Assembly: GCA_030867685.1 (NCBI GenBank)
Contig: JAQOWU010000008.1
Coordinates: 2,728,001 to 2,792,000 of the forward strand
Reading direction: 5' to 3'
From: Wickerhamiella versatilis
Taxonomy: Eukaryota
DNA: 64,000 nucleotides
Both the position numbers and the translations under genes were made by a program. Positions 51,155-62,000 of this stretch are shown here, in pieces. Every line of letters starts with the position of its first letter. Positions within the stretch are counted from its first letter, which is position 1. The notes beneath the pieces are model-generated. The model was not told the DNA's origin. It saw nothing but the letters and a program-made list of their open reading frames with translations, and did no database searches.

Positions 51155-52546
51155 TTAAGAATTCCTTTGATATGCAAATCTACTAAAATCGACTCGAAGG
51201 CGTTTGGGCTGGCGATCTTCTGAGAAGATATCTTTTTCAGGGTCATGGTTCTCTTTGTCGGCAATAGTTGATGATCGGGCAGCTGATTTCATCGAGCTCT
51301 CTGAAGGCTCGAAGCGTTTGTCAACGAGAGTCCGCGACTCACTGGCACGTACAGCATTACTTGACGAGGATATATTGTTTGATAATTCTTTGAGTGGAGG
51401 CCTTCTTGTAAAAAAAGGAGAAACACCTTTAGCTGCAGAAGTGCCACCAAGCTGAGTTGCACGGCGTTCTAGAAGTTTCAAACTGCTGTGAGATTTCGCA
51501 GGAGAAAATGGTCGTTGTGATCTCGCGAATGAAGAAGCGTAAAGCGGAACTCTGAGAGGGATGTAGGTTATGGGGCATACAGCGGCTCGGGCAATCCTGA
51601 AAGCTAATGCTGGTTCTATCAAACCTCCTATTATGTCTTCAGTAGCTTCAATTGGTGGATTCGGAGTGAGCGTTAATAGCTCTTTAGCTATAGGATCCCA
51701 AACGCGCTGATACTGAAATGCAAGATCTGCGCGATGTGCCTGTGATACAAATTCACAATCAATGCGACCTGAAGCCTCAAGAGATTCCAGAATCACTTTC
51801 AGAGAGGCACCAGCGCCCCTGACCAAGGGCGATGCCTTGGCCAGTCCAAGGCCTCTGACGCCTGGGCTATAATCGCAGCCGCTTAGAATGGCCAAGGCTC
51901 GTAAAGCGCCGTCTAGGTTTTCCTGATCGGCACGTGAATCTACTAGCTGGCGGAGTTGCGATTGAGGAAAATGCACTCTTTGGATCTCCAAACAATTTCC
52001 CATGGAGTCAGCCTTGGTTAATAGTCTCTGGGCACCAAACACAAGCAGATCGGAATCTTCAGATAAGATCGCGTCTACAAGACCCAGACGTTCTAAGTAC
52101 ACCAGTTGAGCATCTGCCTCATATGGAGCAACAACATACGGAATTCCACGCGCTCTACAGTATGCAATTACGCATGCAGCATGCTCTGGCGTAATTTCCA
52201 GCGCTTTAAGAGATATCTCGCGTGAAGCGCTTGACGCTAGTTTCTCGCGTGCAGCATCTCGAGCAGCCCGCCTGTGTGCCTCGATTCTTTGCTTGAGTGG
52301 TGGTGAAGCACCATCGAAGACGAAATAGAGACTTACTCCAGCATGCTCATAGAGTCTGACGCGTCTATCAATTGCCTCAATAAGTTTTGGAGCTGGTCGT
52401 CCTAAGGCAAGATCTTCTGCACAAGCAGATGCCGCTTTATGAAGCCATCCGTACCCATCAACACCCAATGTAATACCTGAAAAATGCGTTGCACTTCTCT
52501 GATGAGCTATCGGCTTTAACAGAGGCAGAAGACCGTTTACGCCCAT
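51155..52546 (-). CDS. EXO1: Exonuclease 1 (XPG/Rad2 family)
   Basis: MGVNGLLPLLK, GVDGYGWLHK, VAPYEADAQL, SEDSDLLVFG, LSGCDY. Confidence 0.93.
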   Translation of the reverse strand: MGVNGLLPLLKPIAHQRSATHFSGITLGVDGYGWLHKAASACAEDLALGRPAPKLIEAIDRRVRLYEHAGVSLYFVFDGASPPLKQRIEAHRRAARDAAREKLASSASREISLKALEITPEHAACVIAYCRARGIPYVVAPYEADAQLVYLERLGLVDAILSEDSDLLVFGAQRLLTKADSMGNCLEIQRVHFPQSQLRQLVDSRADQENLDGALRALAILSGCDYSPGVRGLGLAKASPLVRGAGASLKVILESLEASGRIDCEFVSQAHRADLAFQYQRVWDPIAKELLTLTPNPPIEATEDIIGGLIEPALAFRIARAAVCPITYIPLRVPLYASSFARSQRPFSPAKSHSSLKLLERRATQLGGTSAAKGVSPFFTRRPPLKELSNNISSSSNAVRASESRTLVDKRFEPSESSMKSAARSSTIADKENHDPEKDIFSEDRQPKRLRVDFSRFAYQRNS

Positions 52547-52861
52547 AATGCTTACGTACGTACTGCCTACGCGGACCTTCTACATACTGCACAAACATGG
52601 AATAATTCTTGTATTTGAGCCCCTTTAAAATAATTTATATTTATATTGAAATTTTTTGGCTACCGCTATGTACTTTCGATATCGAAGATCCTAAACGCCA
52701 TTACATAATTGACCCGCCAGTATACGTGCTGAAAGAAATATCCATTTATTAAAACACTACCCTACAAAGAACCCTAAATCTCGAATATTTCACTAAGAAG
52801 CCATTGAGAACGACGCCTGGTATTAACCTGATGCTGTGACTCCTTCTTACCTAAGAAGGGC

Positions 52862-55312
52862 ATGTCAAGGCGACATCCGCATCGTCATGTTTTTCTTGAT
52901 CTCAACAATCAGCAGCCAGTCGATGAAGTTCACCCTTCAACCATAGTTGATAGTGAAATTTCGAAGCGTCTTGAGGATGTGTCTTTACAGCCACAAACTA
53001 AACTTGCCCAACCTGCTGGCAGCCAAGGAAATACGCCAACGATGTTGGATATTGGCGGCCACTCGCGGGAGGTGATACCATTAATCCCTGATGAGCGGAT
53101 AATGGCTCAACGTAATGCGCCTTCTATTTTCAAAACATTTGAAGACGCGAAGCCGCCTCCTGTTGATATCCAGTACGAAGTATTGGATCAGGGCGTGGCG
53201 AGTCCCTTCGTTTTACGTGCGTCAATGTATAATGTACCATCTACGGCCAACCTGCGTGAGCGTACTAACTTACCACTTGGTGTTAGCACTTGTCCTTTTT
53301 CAGTGCCTGATGTACCTGTTGCCGACTTCGCGGACTTTTCAGATGTGCCCAGATGTGCCCGCTGTCGATGCTATATGAATTCTGCAATGCAATTTATTGA
53401 CGGTGGTGTCTCTTTTGTGTGCAATATGTGTCAGTTCGTCAACACTACACCTGACGATTATTTCCAACCTATATATGTTGATGGTCGGAGAGTCGATTGG
53501 CAAGAGCGGCCTGAGCTTGCGTCAGGAACGTATGACTTGGAACTTCCAGCTATATATGGTGAGCAAAAGGCACCGCTCCGTCATATTTTTGTTCTCGAGG
53601 TGACTCGCGAAGCTATAGTAAAAAATATAACTGCTGTTGCGTGCTCGGCAATACTTCAAGCTGTTTCATTACTTGGAGATCGTAATGTCACCGTTATAAC
53701 CTTTTCCGACAAAGTTCATTCGTATCGGCTTCGAGATGAGGGTAATATCGAGATGTTAGTACAGGCGGATAGGGCGGAGTTTGCATTTCCCCCAGATATC
53801 TGGACTAGAGCATCTTCTCCTGGATTCCAGAGCTTATTGGAGAACATACCATCCCTTTTTGAAGACACCCCAGTGTCTCACTCTTGCTATGGAAGTGCGC
53901 TGACCGCTGCGCTTGAAATTTCGGGTGATGATCCAAGCAGAGTAACAGTATTTGCAGTAACGAAGCCTTCATTGCCTCCTGGAACGCTCACCAGACGTGA
54001 TAATACGACCCTAGGTCCACCTGGTGATCTTTTTGGTCCGGAGAAGGAGCTGTTCCAAGCGACGTCTCCATTTTATACAGCTCTTGCCGACAATTACGTG
54101 AAAAAAGGCGTTGGCTGCGATATGTTTGTGTTCCCATCGACTTCAATTGATCTTGCGAATTTTGGAATAGTTACAGAACGCTCTGGTGGGGCTCATTTCG
54201 TGTACCCTCGTTTTGTAGCCGCCCGAGACGAACGTCGGTTCATCGCGAACGTTCTTGACATATGTGCCGAACACACTGTAGCCACCCAGGCAGAACTTAT
54301 CATACGGACATCAACTGGTTTGCAAGTGGAGAATTATTGGCCTAAGGGCTTGACATTTTTCGGCAGTAAAACCACAGTAGCTGCTCAGTTCGTTCACGAC
54401 GGTAAACTCGACCCCAAGCTTGATGCCCACTTTCAGGTTGCTGTCCTTCATACTGGACAGGATGGAGTACGTCGTGTCAGGGTCTGTAATTTGGTTGCAG
54501 GAGTCACAGATAAATTCAAGAATGTCATAAAGTTCGTGGATACAGATACTGTAATGACCTTGGTGTCTCGGCAAGCATTATCCAAGTTACCTGAACTTCC
54601 TATAAATGACATCAGAAAAGGGATATTTGACAAGATCAAGAGAGTTTTTGGCGCATGCCGTCTCCACGCAGGGGCCGGCATGCCGTTAAGCCAGTTGTTA
54701 ATGCCTACCACGTTGAGGCAGCTTTTGCCGCTGTCTTTAGCACTTTCAAAGAGTTTGGTTCTCGGAGAACGTATGTACACCTCTGATTCACGAGTCTCAA
54801 ATGCACGTCGGCTCTCCACATTGCCATCGTCACTTTTGAGTTTGGCGCTGTATCCCCGTATATACCCCTTACACGAGCTGGCATTTGAGGGACTTTCGGA
54901 TGATCAGCTATTGGTTGAAGGCGCACGTACCCGTGCACGGCAGTCAGATTTCCACGCAGGTGGGGCTTATCTAGTCTGGGCCTTGGATATTTTCTATCTC
55001 TTTCTCTCTAAGGACTGTGTACCGGATATGGTCAAAGACTTGTTTGGGGTGGAATCACTGGGTGATATTTCCCCATATGTCGATGAAATTCCAAAGTTAA
55101 ATACTGAGATAAATCTGACGGCTAGGAAGCTCTGCGAAATGCTTGCTCGTAGAGTGGGTCGCTCATGGGTCCCTCTTCAGATTGTCCGAGAGGAGCGGGA
55201 TGGTGCGGAGTATGCACTGAGGTCGCTTATGGTGGAAGAGGGATACCAGGAATTTGTGTCAGATGTGCATAGATTCGCTAAAACTTACGAGGAAGAAAAA
55301 CATTGGTTTTAA
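52862..55312 (+). CDS. SFB3: COPII Sec24-family subunit (Sfb3/Lst1-like)
   Basis: PRCARCRCYMN...CNMC zinc finger, DWQERPELASGTYD, GVRRVRVCNL, LYPRIYPLH. Confidence 0.8.
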   Translation: MSRRHPHRHVFLDLNNQQPVDEVHPSTIVDSEISKRLEDVSLQPQTKLAQPAGSQGNTPTMLDIGGHSREVIPLIPDERIMAQRNAPSIFKTFEDAKPPPVDIQYEVLDQGVASPFVLRASMYNVPSTANLRERTNLPLGVSTCPFSVPDVPVADFADFSDVPRCARCRCYMNSAMQFIDGGVSFVCNMCQFVNTTPDDYFQPIYVDGRRVDWQERPELASGTYDLELPAIYGEQKAPLRHIFVLEVTREAIVKNITAVACSAILQAVSLLGDRNVTVITFSDKVHSYRLRDEGNIEMLVQADRAEFAFPPDIWTRASSPGFQSLLENIPSLFEDTPVSHSCYGSALTAALEISGDDPSRVTVFAVTKPSLPPGTLTRRDNTTLGPPGDLFGPEKELFQATSPFYTALADNYVKKGVGCDMFVFPSTSIDLANFGIVTERSGGAHFVYPRFVAARDERRFIANVLDICAEHTVATQAELIIRTSTGLQVENYWPKGLTFFGSKTTVAAQFVHDGKLDPKLDAHFQVAVLHTGQDGVRRVRVCNLVAGVTDKFKNVIKFVDTDTVMTLVSRQALSKLPELPINDIRKGIFDKIKRVFGACRLHAGAGMPLSQLLMPTTLRQLLPLSLALSKSLVLGERMYTSDSRVSNARRLSTLPSSLLSLALYPRIYPLHELAFEGLSDDQLLVEGARTRARQSDFHAGGAYLVWALDIFYLFLSKDCVPDMVKDLFGVESLGDISPYVDEIPKLNTEINLTARKLCEMLARRVGRSWVPLQIVREERDGAEYALRSLMVEEGYQEFVSDVHRFAKTYEEEKHWF

Positions 55313-55412
55313 CATGATAAAATTGTTTTATTACGTATATGACATCAAAATGAATAATTTACATCTATATATATATACACTTCGGGATGCATACACAAAA
55401 AATTAAGATAAT

Positions 55413-55859
55413 TCAGCACTGAGCGCGGTAAGTCCCCTCCACCCAATGGCTAGACCCATCATCATATTCCTCACGTTTCCATATCTCTACCAGCCGCTTA
55501 ATCTCCTCTAAGACCCACTCTGCGGCCTCCCATCCTTCTCGACGATGTGCTGCACTGACAACTATCACCACACTTTCTTCTGATAGAGGCACAACTCCAA
55601 TTCTATGCATTACACCAACCGCATATGCACCGTATCTTTCTGCACATGTCTGAGCTATTTTAAATAGGGTAGCTTCTGCTCGAGGCACATATGCATCATA
55701 GGATAGAGCTAAAACCCGCCGGCTTTCGAAGGAATTTCGAGTGATACCGCAAAAACTTACCACAGCACCAGCAGCTGGGTCTTTGGCCCACTTAATTAGC
55801 TCGCCAGGATCAAGTGGATTGGCTGTGATACCAGACTTAATCCGGGGTGCCTGAATCAT
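55413..55859 (-). CDS. Molybdopterin synthase catalytic subunit (MoaE/MOCS2B)
   Basis: GAVVSFCGITR, LSYDAY, HRIG, SAAHRREG, KRLVEIWKRE. Confidence 0.92.
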   Translation of the reverse strand: MIQAPRIKSGITANPLDPGELIKWAKDPAAGAVVSFCGITRNSFESRRVLALSYDAYVPRAEATLFKIAQTCAERYGAYAVGVMHRIGVVPLSEESVVIVVSAAHRREGWEAAEWVLEEIKRLVEIWKREEYDDGSSHWVEGTYRAQC

Positions 55860-55920
55860 TGACTGACTGTCAGCTTGGAAAACCGCTTGTAATAGTGCTT
55901 AGTCATAACTGTGTGTGAGA

Positions 55921-56802
55921 ATGACGGACGAGATAAGTGGCGGCAGTGGCAATCCCCGCGTCTATATCGGGAACTTGAGCTATGACGTGCAGTGGCAGGA
56001 TTTGAAGGATTTTGCAAGGGAAGCTGGTGAGGTTGTACGGGCCGATGTGCTTCTTAACGGCGGTGGACTCTCGCGTGGCTGCGGTATAGTTGAATATGCG
56101 TCGGCTGATGAGGCGCAGCGTGCCATGGAGATTTTGACGAACCGTGATCTTAAGGGACGTCCTGTGTTTGTACGGGAGGACCGTGAGCCAGCTGGAACCG
56201 GCCTGCGTCACGCGGGTGTGGCCAGCGGATCACCCAATACTGTATTTGTGGGTAACCTCCCCTACAGCATGGCGTGGCAGGATCTGAAGGACCTTTTCAA
56301 GCCCGTTGGATCGGTTGTGCGTGCTGACGTCCACATGATGCCCAATGGCCGATCGCGTGGCCATGGCTCCGTCGTTTTTGAAAACGCTGAGGATGCAGAG
56401 AGGGCTATTTCTGAGCTGGATGGTCAGGAAATCAACGGCAGACGGATTGAGGTTCGTCACGATCGTCCTCCCTCCGAAAGGCGGAAGAGGCCAGTTGCCC
56501 AGGGTGGCGCGACCAAAACTCAATTAGGAAGTGCCTCTGGAAATGGCCCTCCTAGCGAGTTCCTGCACGTCAGTAATTTGCCTTGGAACACCACGGACGA
56601 TGATTTGTTCGAGCTGTTCCAGTCTGTGGCACCAGTGGCCTTGGTTGAGATTCACCGTTTGTCTGATGGACGCAGCAATGGCACTGGTGCTGTTCAGCTT
56701 GCAGACTTGGAGGCGGCCCAGGCGGCTCTAGGACGCTTGAACGGCCATAACTATGGTGGTCTGGATCTGGTTGTCACTTATGCTAGGATTCCACCTGCAT
56801 AA
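55921..56802 (+). CDS. GBP2: Three-RRM SR-like RNA-binding protein (Gbp2/Hrb1 family)
   Basis: Two pseudo-RRM (V/A)WQDLKD motifs, GRPVFVREDRE, and a third RRM. Confidence 0.85.
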   Translation: MTDEISGGSGNPRVYIGNLSYDVQWQDLKDFAREAGEVVRADVLLNGGGLSRGCGIVEYASADEAQRAMEILTNRDLKGRPVFVREDREPAGTGLRHAGVASGSPNTVFVGNLPYSMAWQDLKDLFKPVGSVVRADVHMMPNGRSRGHGSVVFENAEDAERAISELDGQEINGRRIEVRHDRPPSERRKRPVAQGGATKTQLGSASGNGPPSEFLHVSNLPWNTTDDDLFELFQSVAPVALVEIHRLSDGRSNGTGAVQLADLEAAQAALGRLNGHNYGGLDLVVTYARIPPA

Positions 56803-57045
56803 ATACCTCTCATGGTGGGGGATGTCATTGTCAGGTATGTTGTTTTTGACTAAAATTGCCAACTAAAACGGTCCTTATATGAGTGACTTGAGAGGTTCGG
56901 TCCTCTTTTCCTTAAGCCCTGTGTAAAAACTAGTTCAATCTACGGCCTTAACGGCCATTACTAGGATGTGTCAAACAATTCTCGGTCAGATCTTCTTATG
57001 TATATATATAATTTATGACAAAGCGGTCTCCGCTTACAGAGGAAC

Positions 57046-57585
57046 ATGGCGACAGAACTACGGAGACGGCGGCGTAACCCCAGTCTTGAGGAGGAGGATG
57101 CTACCAAACTGATGTTTGGTCCAGACTTCGAAATGGACAGGTACCATCCCGAACACACAAATGCGGTTCCTCTCAATTTGAGTCAAACTAGACTGCTCAT
57201 CCAGACGGCGATGCAGCAGAGAAATAAGGATACTCTGGGCCCCAATGCCCCGCAGGAGTTACAAAATGCGATAGCTGGTACTGCGAGTGCAGGGGCCGGA
57301 GAGGCTGAGGAAGAAGGATTTGAGGGTGCAAATGAGGTGTTACGGAAAACCCAGGAGTACCTTGCAACGTTTGCCCGCTTTAGGGACGAACAAACGGCAA
57401 CTGCAGTGGATAGATTATTGGATTCTACTGAAAATAGCAATTTACATCCGTTCGAAATTGCGCAACTTGGCTCGTTGGTCTGTGACGATGCTGAGGAGGC
57501 CAAATCGCTCATACCCAGTCTGAGCGTGAAAAAATCTGATGAGGAACTTCAAGTGCTCCTTGATCATTTAAGACGGTTCGGTTAA
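57046..57585 (+). CDS. RPB4: RNA polymerase II subunit Rpb4
   Basis: RRRRR..EEEDAT.L.FG, YLATFARFRD, LHPFEIAQLGSL.CDDAEEAKSLIPSL. Confidence 0.93.
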   Translation: MATELRRRRRNPSLEEEDATKLMFGPDFEMDRYHPEHTNAVPLNLSQTRLLIQTAMQQRNKDTLGPNAPQELQNAIAGTASAGAGEAEEEGFEGANEVLRKTQEYLATFARFRDEQTATAVDRLLDSTENSNLHPFEIAQLGSLVCDDAEEAKSLIPSLSVKKSDEELQVLLDHLRRFG

Positions 57586-57782
57586 CGTAGTCATACCTTC
57601 TTGAGCTCTGTTATGACCTAGAAAAAGAAATAATGACATTAAAATTTCATATATACTATCTGCTAATATCTTTACCAGTTTAGAGAATTTCCACCCCCCT
57701 AAAATACATGATCTGCAAAAATTAAATGCAAGACATTACTCGCGCTCGCTTCCACTTGAACCACCGTTACTATTATGAATGG

Positions 57783-58541
57783 TTACTTTTTGACCACCAG
57801 TGATGCTGGGACTTCCATCTCTCTATCCAAGTCCTCCTCCCCCTCGAACCTGAGTTTGTATTTCCCATTACGAAAGCTGCCTACCCGTGCCCGGTAGAAT
57901 GCGGTAGTCTCTGGATAACGTGCAAGCACCATGGTATTCTGGCTATATAATTGCTTTGTTGGCTCCCTTAGCGGTAAGATAATGATATCCTTGATACTGG
58001 CCCGGTAGGCCTTTCCGGGATTATTATTCTCGTCAGGCTCCGTGTCACGAACCTCAAACTTCTGACCCTCCTGGAACACTTTGGTGATTTCACACTGGAT
58101 CCACACCTCTTCGTGGGTCCGCGGAAGTTTGAACGCAACAAGACGACCCACGGTAGGGTAGGACTCATCCTCCTCATCTGTATCATTAGGAGCACTACCT
58201 AAACGACGACGTTTGTTTCTAGCCGTGTCGGGCTCCGACTTCAACGTGACTATCATTAGAGCCGCGTCCAGCGCAGACCTGAGGTGTTCACTGTATTCTT
58301 CCCATATATTGTGTGTTTCAGTGATTGATTTCCGTGACTCGTCAATGTTTTTCTCTAAAATTTTAAGCTCTTCGTCAGTGAGTTGTTCCACTTTGCCCGG
58401 TGCAGCTTCGTCAGGCACGGGAGCGAAGTCTGTCTCCGCGCGGTCAAATCGCGCGGCCTGCTCGAGATGAGACCGGAGGGAGGTGAGCGTCTGACCTAGT
58501 GATTCACTTGGATTGGCATTTGCCATCCGTCTTCTTCTCAT
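57783..58541 (-). CDS. SGF29: SAGA tandem-Tudor subunit Sgf29
   Basis: VAFK..WIQC..FEVRDTEPDE, VLARYPETTAFYRA, YKLRFEGEED. Confidence 0.9.
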   Translation of the reverse strand: MRRRRMANANPSESLGQTLTSLRSHLEQAARFDRAETDFAPVPDEAAPGKVEQLTDEELKILEKNIDESRKSITETHNIWEEYSEHLRSALDAALMIVTLKSEPDTARNKRRRLGSAPNDTDEEDESYPTVGRLVAFKLPRTHEEVWIQCEITKVFQEGQKFEVRDTEPDENNNPGKAYRASIKDIIILPLREPTKQLYSQNTMVLARYPETTAFYRARVGSFRNGKYKLRFEGEEDLDREMEVPASLVVKK

Positions 58542-58574
58542 GGTCTGCAATAATGCCCCTGCAGCCGCTCAGTC

Positions 58575-59945
58575 TCACAGTCGTGTTCCCAAAAGGGTGA
58601 CTAAAACGCGGTCAGAAACTGATCCTGAGGGGAGGTCACGTGTCGATAAGGCGGGTCCCAGATTATGCTTTAGTCCATCCACTTCCTTTTGCAGATCGTG
58701 AATTAGCTGAGGGTCTTCCGATTTCAAGATACAGCCAGCCTCGAGGTCATGCTTGTAAGCCCGACGGGTAAAGTTAGAGGAGCCTATGTAAGTGAGTCCA
58801 TGTAGCCAAAGCCCTTTTGCGTGATAAGACCACCCATCCGGTTGATTAACTGTACCATGACGCCATTCTCTCAACCCCACAGGTGCACCAGACGATTCAC
58901 ACTCCCCTAGGAACTTGCGAGTCAGAATTGTGTAGGCCCGGGGAATCCTGCCGCTCAGACCCTTGGACATGTAGAACCCGTTCGCCTGTTCACTGGCTGT
59001 TATTACCAAGCCTGGTTGGCTTGTTTGTGATATGCATTTCTGAAGAGTGGGGTGTATATTAAAGTATCCTGCTGTCAGAACCCATGGTTGTTCCATTCTG
59101 CTCAAAACCGACTCGAGTGCTACCAGTTCAGTTCCTCCCGCCTTCACTGGTCCAAACTGGGCTAGCGGATATATAAAGGTACCTCCCTTGTTGGAGTCTG
59201 CTCTAATTCCTGGCTTCAGCAAGGGACTCAGCAATTGCTGGGCTTTCTTAAAATACGCTGATGTGCCCAAGGGCGGTGTGCCCTCTGGCCATACATGTCT
59301 AAAGTTGTCATTTGGCCCATTTGGTCCAGGATGCGGAAGTACACGCCAGCTTAGCTGTGAAATAGCGCTAAAAATCTGGTAAAAGTGGTCAGTAACCGAG
59401 GAGTCGCGAATGGATATGTACCTGTCCTGACGATTTGTGAAATAATCATGCGAGAGGTTGGCCCCACTTAGGACAAGCTCGTCATCAAACCCGTAAATTT
59501 TCATATGCTGCAAGCCTACCCCCTCGTTGAATCGCTTTGGAAGCCACTTTGCGATCCTGCGGGGCGTCTGCCACTGGTGCACAGTGACGCGCCCCGGAAA
59601 TTCGTTTACGAGGGGCGAAAGAAGGCTAGCGGTACAAGAGTCATGTGGTGCTTCCCGTGTTCCGCGCAGGGCATCACTCAATATCTCTACCTTGAGGTCT
59701 TTGTTGGACTCTAAGCGAGCTGCCAGTTTTGCAACAAGTTGATGCTCCGATCGTCCAATATATAGGGTTGCCAGGAACACTCGGCTTCTTGCTTTATCGA
59801 TACGCTCACAAAGATACTTATAGAATTCTGCAGGCGTGCTCAAAACCCTTACTCTGCCAGGGGGGACCCAGAAGCGTGGTGCAATCGAGTCCAGCTTGCC
59901 GAGAGCCATGACAAATGCATCTCCATCCGAAACACCACAAAGCAT
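58575..59945 (-). CDS. PGS1: Phosphatidylglycerophosphate synthase (PLD superfamily)
   Basis: DALRGTRE, RFNEGVGLQHMKIYGFDD, SGANLSHDYFTNRQDRY, WSYHAKGLW. Confidence 0.93.
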   Translation of the reverse strand: MLCGVSDGDAFVMALGKLDSIAPRFWVPPGRVRVLSTPAEFYKYLCERIDKARSRVFLATLYIGRSEHQLVAKLAARLESNKDLKVEILSDALRGTREAPHDSCTASLLSPLVNEFPGRVTVHQWQTPRRIAKWLPKRFNEGVGLQHMKIYGFDDELVLSGANLSHDYFTNRQDRYISIRDSSVTDHFYQIFSAISQLSWRVLPHPGPNGPNDNFRHVWPEGTPPLGTSAYFKKAQQLLSPLLKPGIRADSNKGGTFIYPLAQFGPVKAGGTELVALESVLSRMEQPWVLTAGYFNIHPTLQKCISQTSQPGLVITASEQANGFYMSKGLSGRIPRAYTILTRKFLGECESSGAPVGLREWRHGTVNQPDGWSYHAKGLWLHGLTYIGSSNFTRRAYKHDLEAGCILKSEDPQLIHDLQKEVDGLKHNLGPALSTRDLPSGSVSDRVLVTLLGTRL

Positions 59946-60142
59946 AAGTTCTAGGTGTGAATATAATTGCTATTGTTATCTATGATACGGCCAGTGACAG
60001 GCCCACTCTTCAGTAGTGGGCGTGGGTGTTGAGAGGAGGGGGTCGTGCTTTGCGACCCGTACGAAAATATGCATGTGCTTTCTCATATTATGTACACTAA
60101 AATAGTATATGAAGCATTGTACGGTACTGGTACGTACTCTTT

Positions 60143-60664
60143 TTACTTCCTCTGCTTATTCGGTGCACGATCACCACCGAATTTAAGCCGGGTACCGTCA
60201 GTTAATCGCTTAATCAAGGGTCGGATTCGTGTTCCCTCTTTGCCAAAAAGTGCCTTGAAGAATGCTTCCCTGCTTTCTCCGAAATTCCGAGTTACTATCT
60301 CAAGGTTTTTTGTTGTGAGTCCTTTATCGACCATCAGCCCAAACATCCGGGCACTGGTTTGAAACGCGGCGTCATATGTACTTTTGGAAGTGCCCCGAAA
60401 GCCCAGCTGGCCAGTAGAAACAGTAATGAGCGCTTCTTGGCGTGGTCGGATCATATCTATCATTTGGCGTTGGTTGTATATATCCTTGGGCTCAACGTCG
60501 GCAGGAATATTCGTCAAATCCAGCTCCGAAGAGGGCTGGTAAACTCGTCGGCTGAGAGTCAGTATCGTATTATTCTTTGCAAATCTCGCATGCAAGACAT
60601 GCTCAGGGAGCAACTTTGATGATGGGAGTGTTGCGTAGCTCCTCCTGATCGCCGAACTAGCCAT
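60143..60664 (-). CDS. MRPS18: Mitochondrial ribosomal protein uS11m
   Basis: LHARFAKNNTILTL, STGQLGFRG..KSTYDAAFQ, DGTRLKFGG.R. Confidence 0.85.
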   Translation of the reverse strand: MASSAIRRSYATLPSSKLLPEHVLHARFAKNNTILTLSRRVYQPSSELDLTNIPADVEPKDIYNQRQMIDMIRPRQEALITVSTGQLGFRGTSKSTYDAAFQTSARMFGLMVDKGLTTKNLEIVTRNFGESREAFFKALFGKEGTRIRPLIKRLTDGTRLKFGGDRAPNKQRK

Positions 60665-61365
60665 ATCCTCTCAACTTCCCGCGAAAAGTTTAGTCAGCGG
60701 ATCCTATCATACCTAGGATTGAAAAAAATATATAAAATACAGTGCCAGTGCCTGGAATATATTACCGTGTAATATCAGAATTTTTTTGATAGGTCCAGTT
60801 TATTTATAGTGTAATTTTCCTGATGATCCTGCCCAAAATCAAGTTAAAAGACCACATTTGATCTTGTTCAACCCAATCATAATCTACGCACTATTGTAGT
60901 ACCCTACTTTTGCTGTAAACTTAGGGAAAAAAACAGATGCCTAGCTGAGCTATATAATACATCATATTTTGAGGTGATAACGAATTTAACACCACAGCTA
61001 AGTGCCCAAACTTTCAGCCAAGCCGTACGCCCAGGCGATTCAATTCCTTTTTGGGTTTTCTAAAGAAATCTTTTATCAATAAGGAAGGAGGTTTAATAAT
61101 ACTTGGCCTTTTTCAGGCACAAAAAATCATAGGGTTTAGTGGGCACGGTTTAGGAGGACGCTATCACCGCCATGGTTTTCCACTTTCGCAAATTGACCGT
61201 TAGAATGAGTTGCTATTTAACTAATAGGCCGTGGCTTATTATCCAGAATTTTATATGTCGTTCGAAGGATCCACTGGATTACCATAAGTGGGACCATACT
61301 TCTCCCTAACCCTCCGCGCACACACTACCTGGACTTCTCTCCCTTTTCGTCTGCTCATCGAACAA

Positions 61366-61848
61366 ATGCAAAATCCCACACCAGATCCAGCAGTTGAGGA
61401 GTACTTTGATACGGACAAATTTGCTCGTGCATACCAGTCTGCCTACCAATCCCATTGGGGCTGTATTGGCACCGGACAACCGGCCTCCGCAGGCTTTATT
61501 GTACCATCAGCATCATATATGTATTCCAATGAAGAGCTTTACACCCCACCAACCTCACCACAGCTTTCTTTTGCTGGATATCACCAGCCATCTTGGGGTG
61601 CGCCAGCACCCGTGATGGAAAGGCCCGCGACGACAGCAGCACCCAGGATGATGGGAGCCACTACGATCAATCCTTCTTCAATCCATCCTGATCTGAGAGA
61701 TATTCCTCAAACAGCCGTGGGTCCAATGCCTACAAAGGTGCTGGACCGGCCAAATTACGTGACAACTACATTCGGTGGTGGTTCCTTTATGATGCTCAAC
61801 ATGCGCCCACGAGCAACCCGTTCAGTAAATAGTACGTATACTTCATAA
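61366..61848 (+). CDS. Hypothetical Pro/Ser/Thr-rich protein (160 aa)
   Basis: ATG in AAATG context after a pyrimidine tract; low-complexity composition; no family recognised. Confidence 0.45.
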   Translation: MQNPTPDPAVEEYFDTDKFARAYQSAYQSHWGCIGTGQPASAGFIVPSASYMYSNEELYTPPTSPQLSFAGYHQPSWGAPAPVMERPATTAAPRMMGATTINPSSIHPDLRDIPQTAVGPMPTKVLDRPNYVTTTFGGGSFMMLNMRPRATRSVNSTYTS

Positions 61849-62000
61849 TTACCAGTAAATATTAAGATCTGTTAGTTCGCTTTATCCTCATTCATCTGCT
61901 AGTTGTCCTGCAAACTACCATCAGCAGTAGTATCTGCTTCCCACTTGAAGAAAAGTAAATCCCAATTTTAGGCACCAATATCTTATAAATTAAGGAAAGA

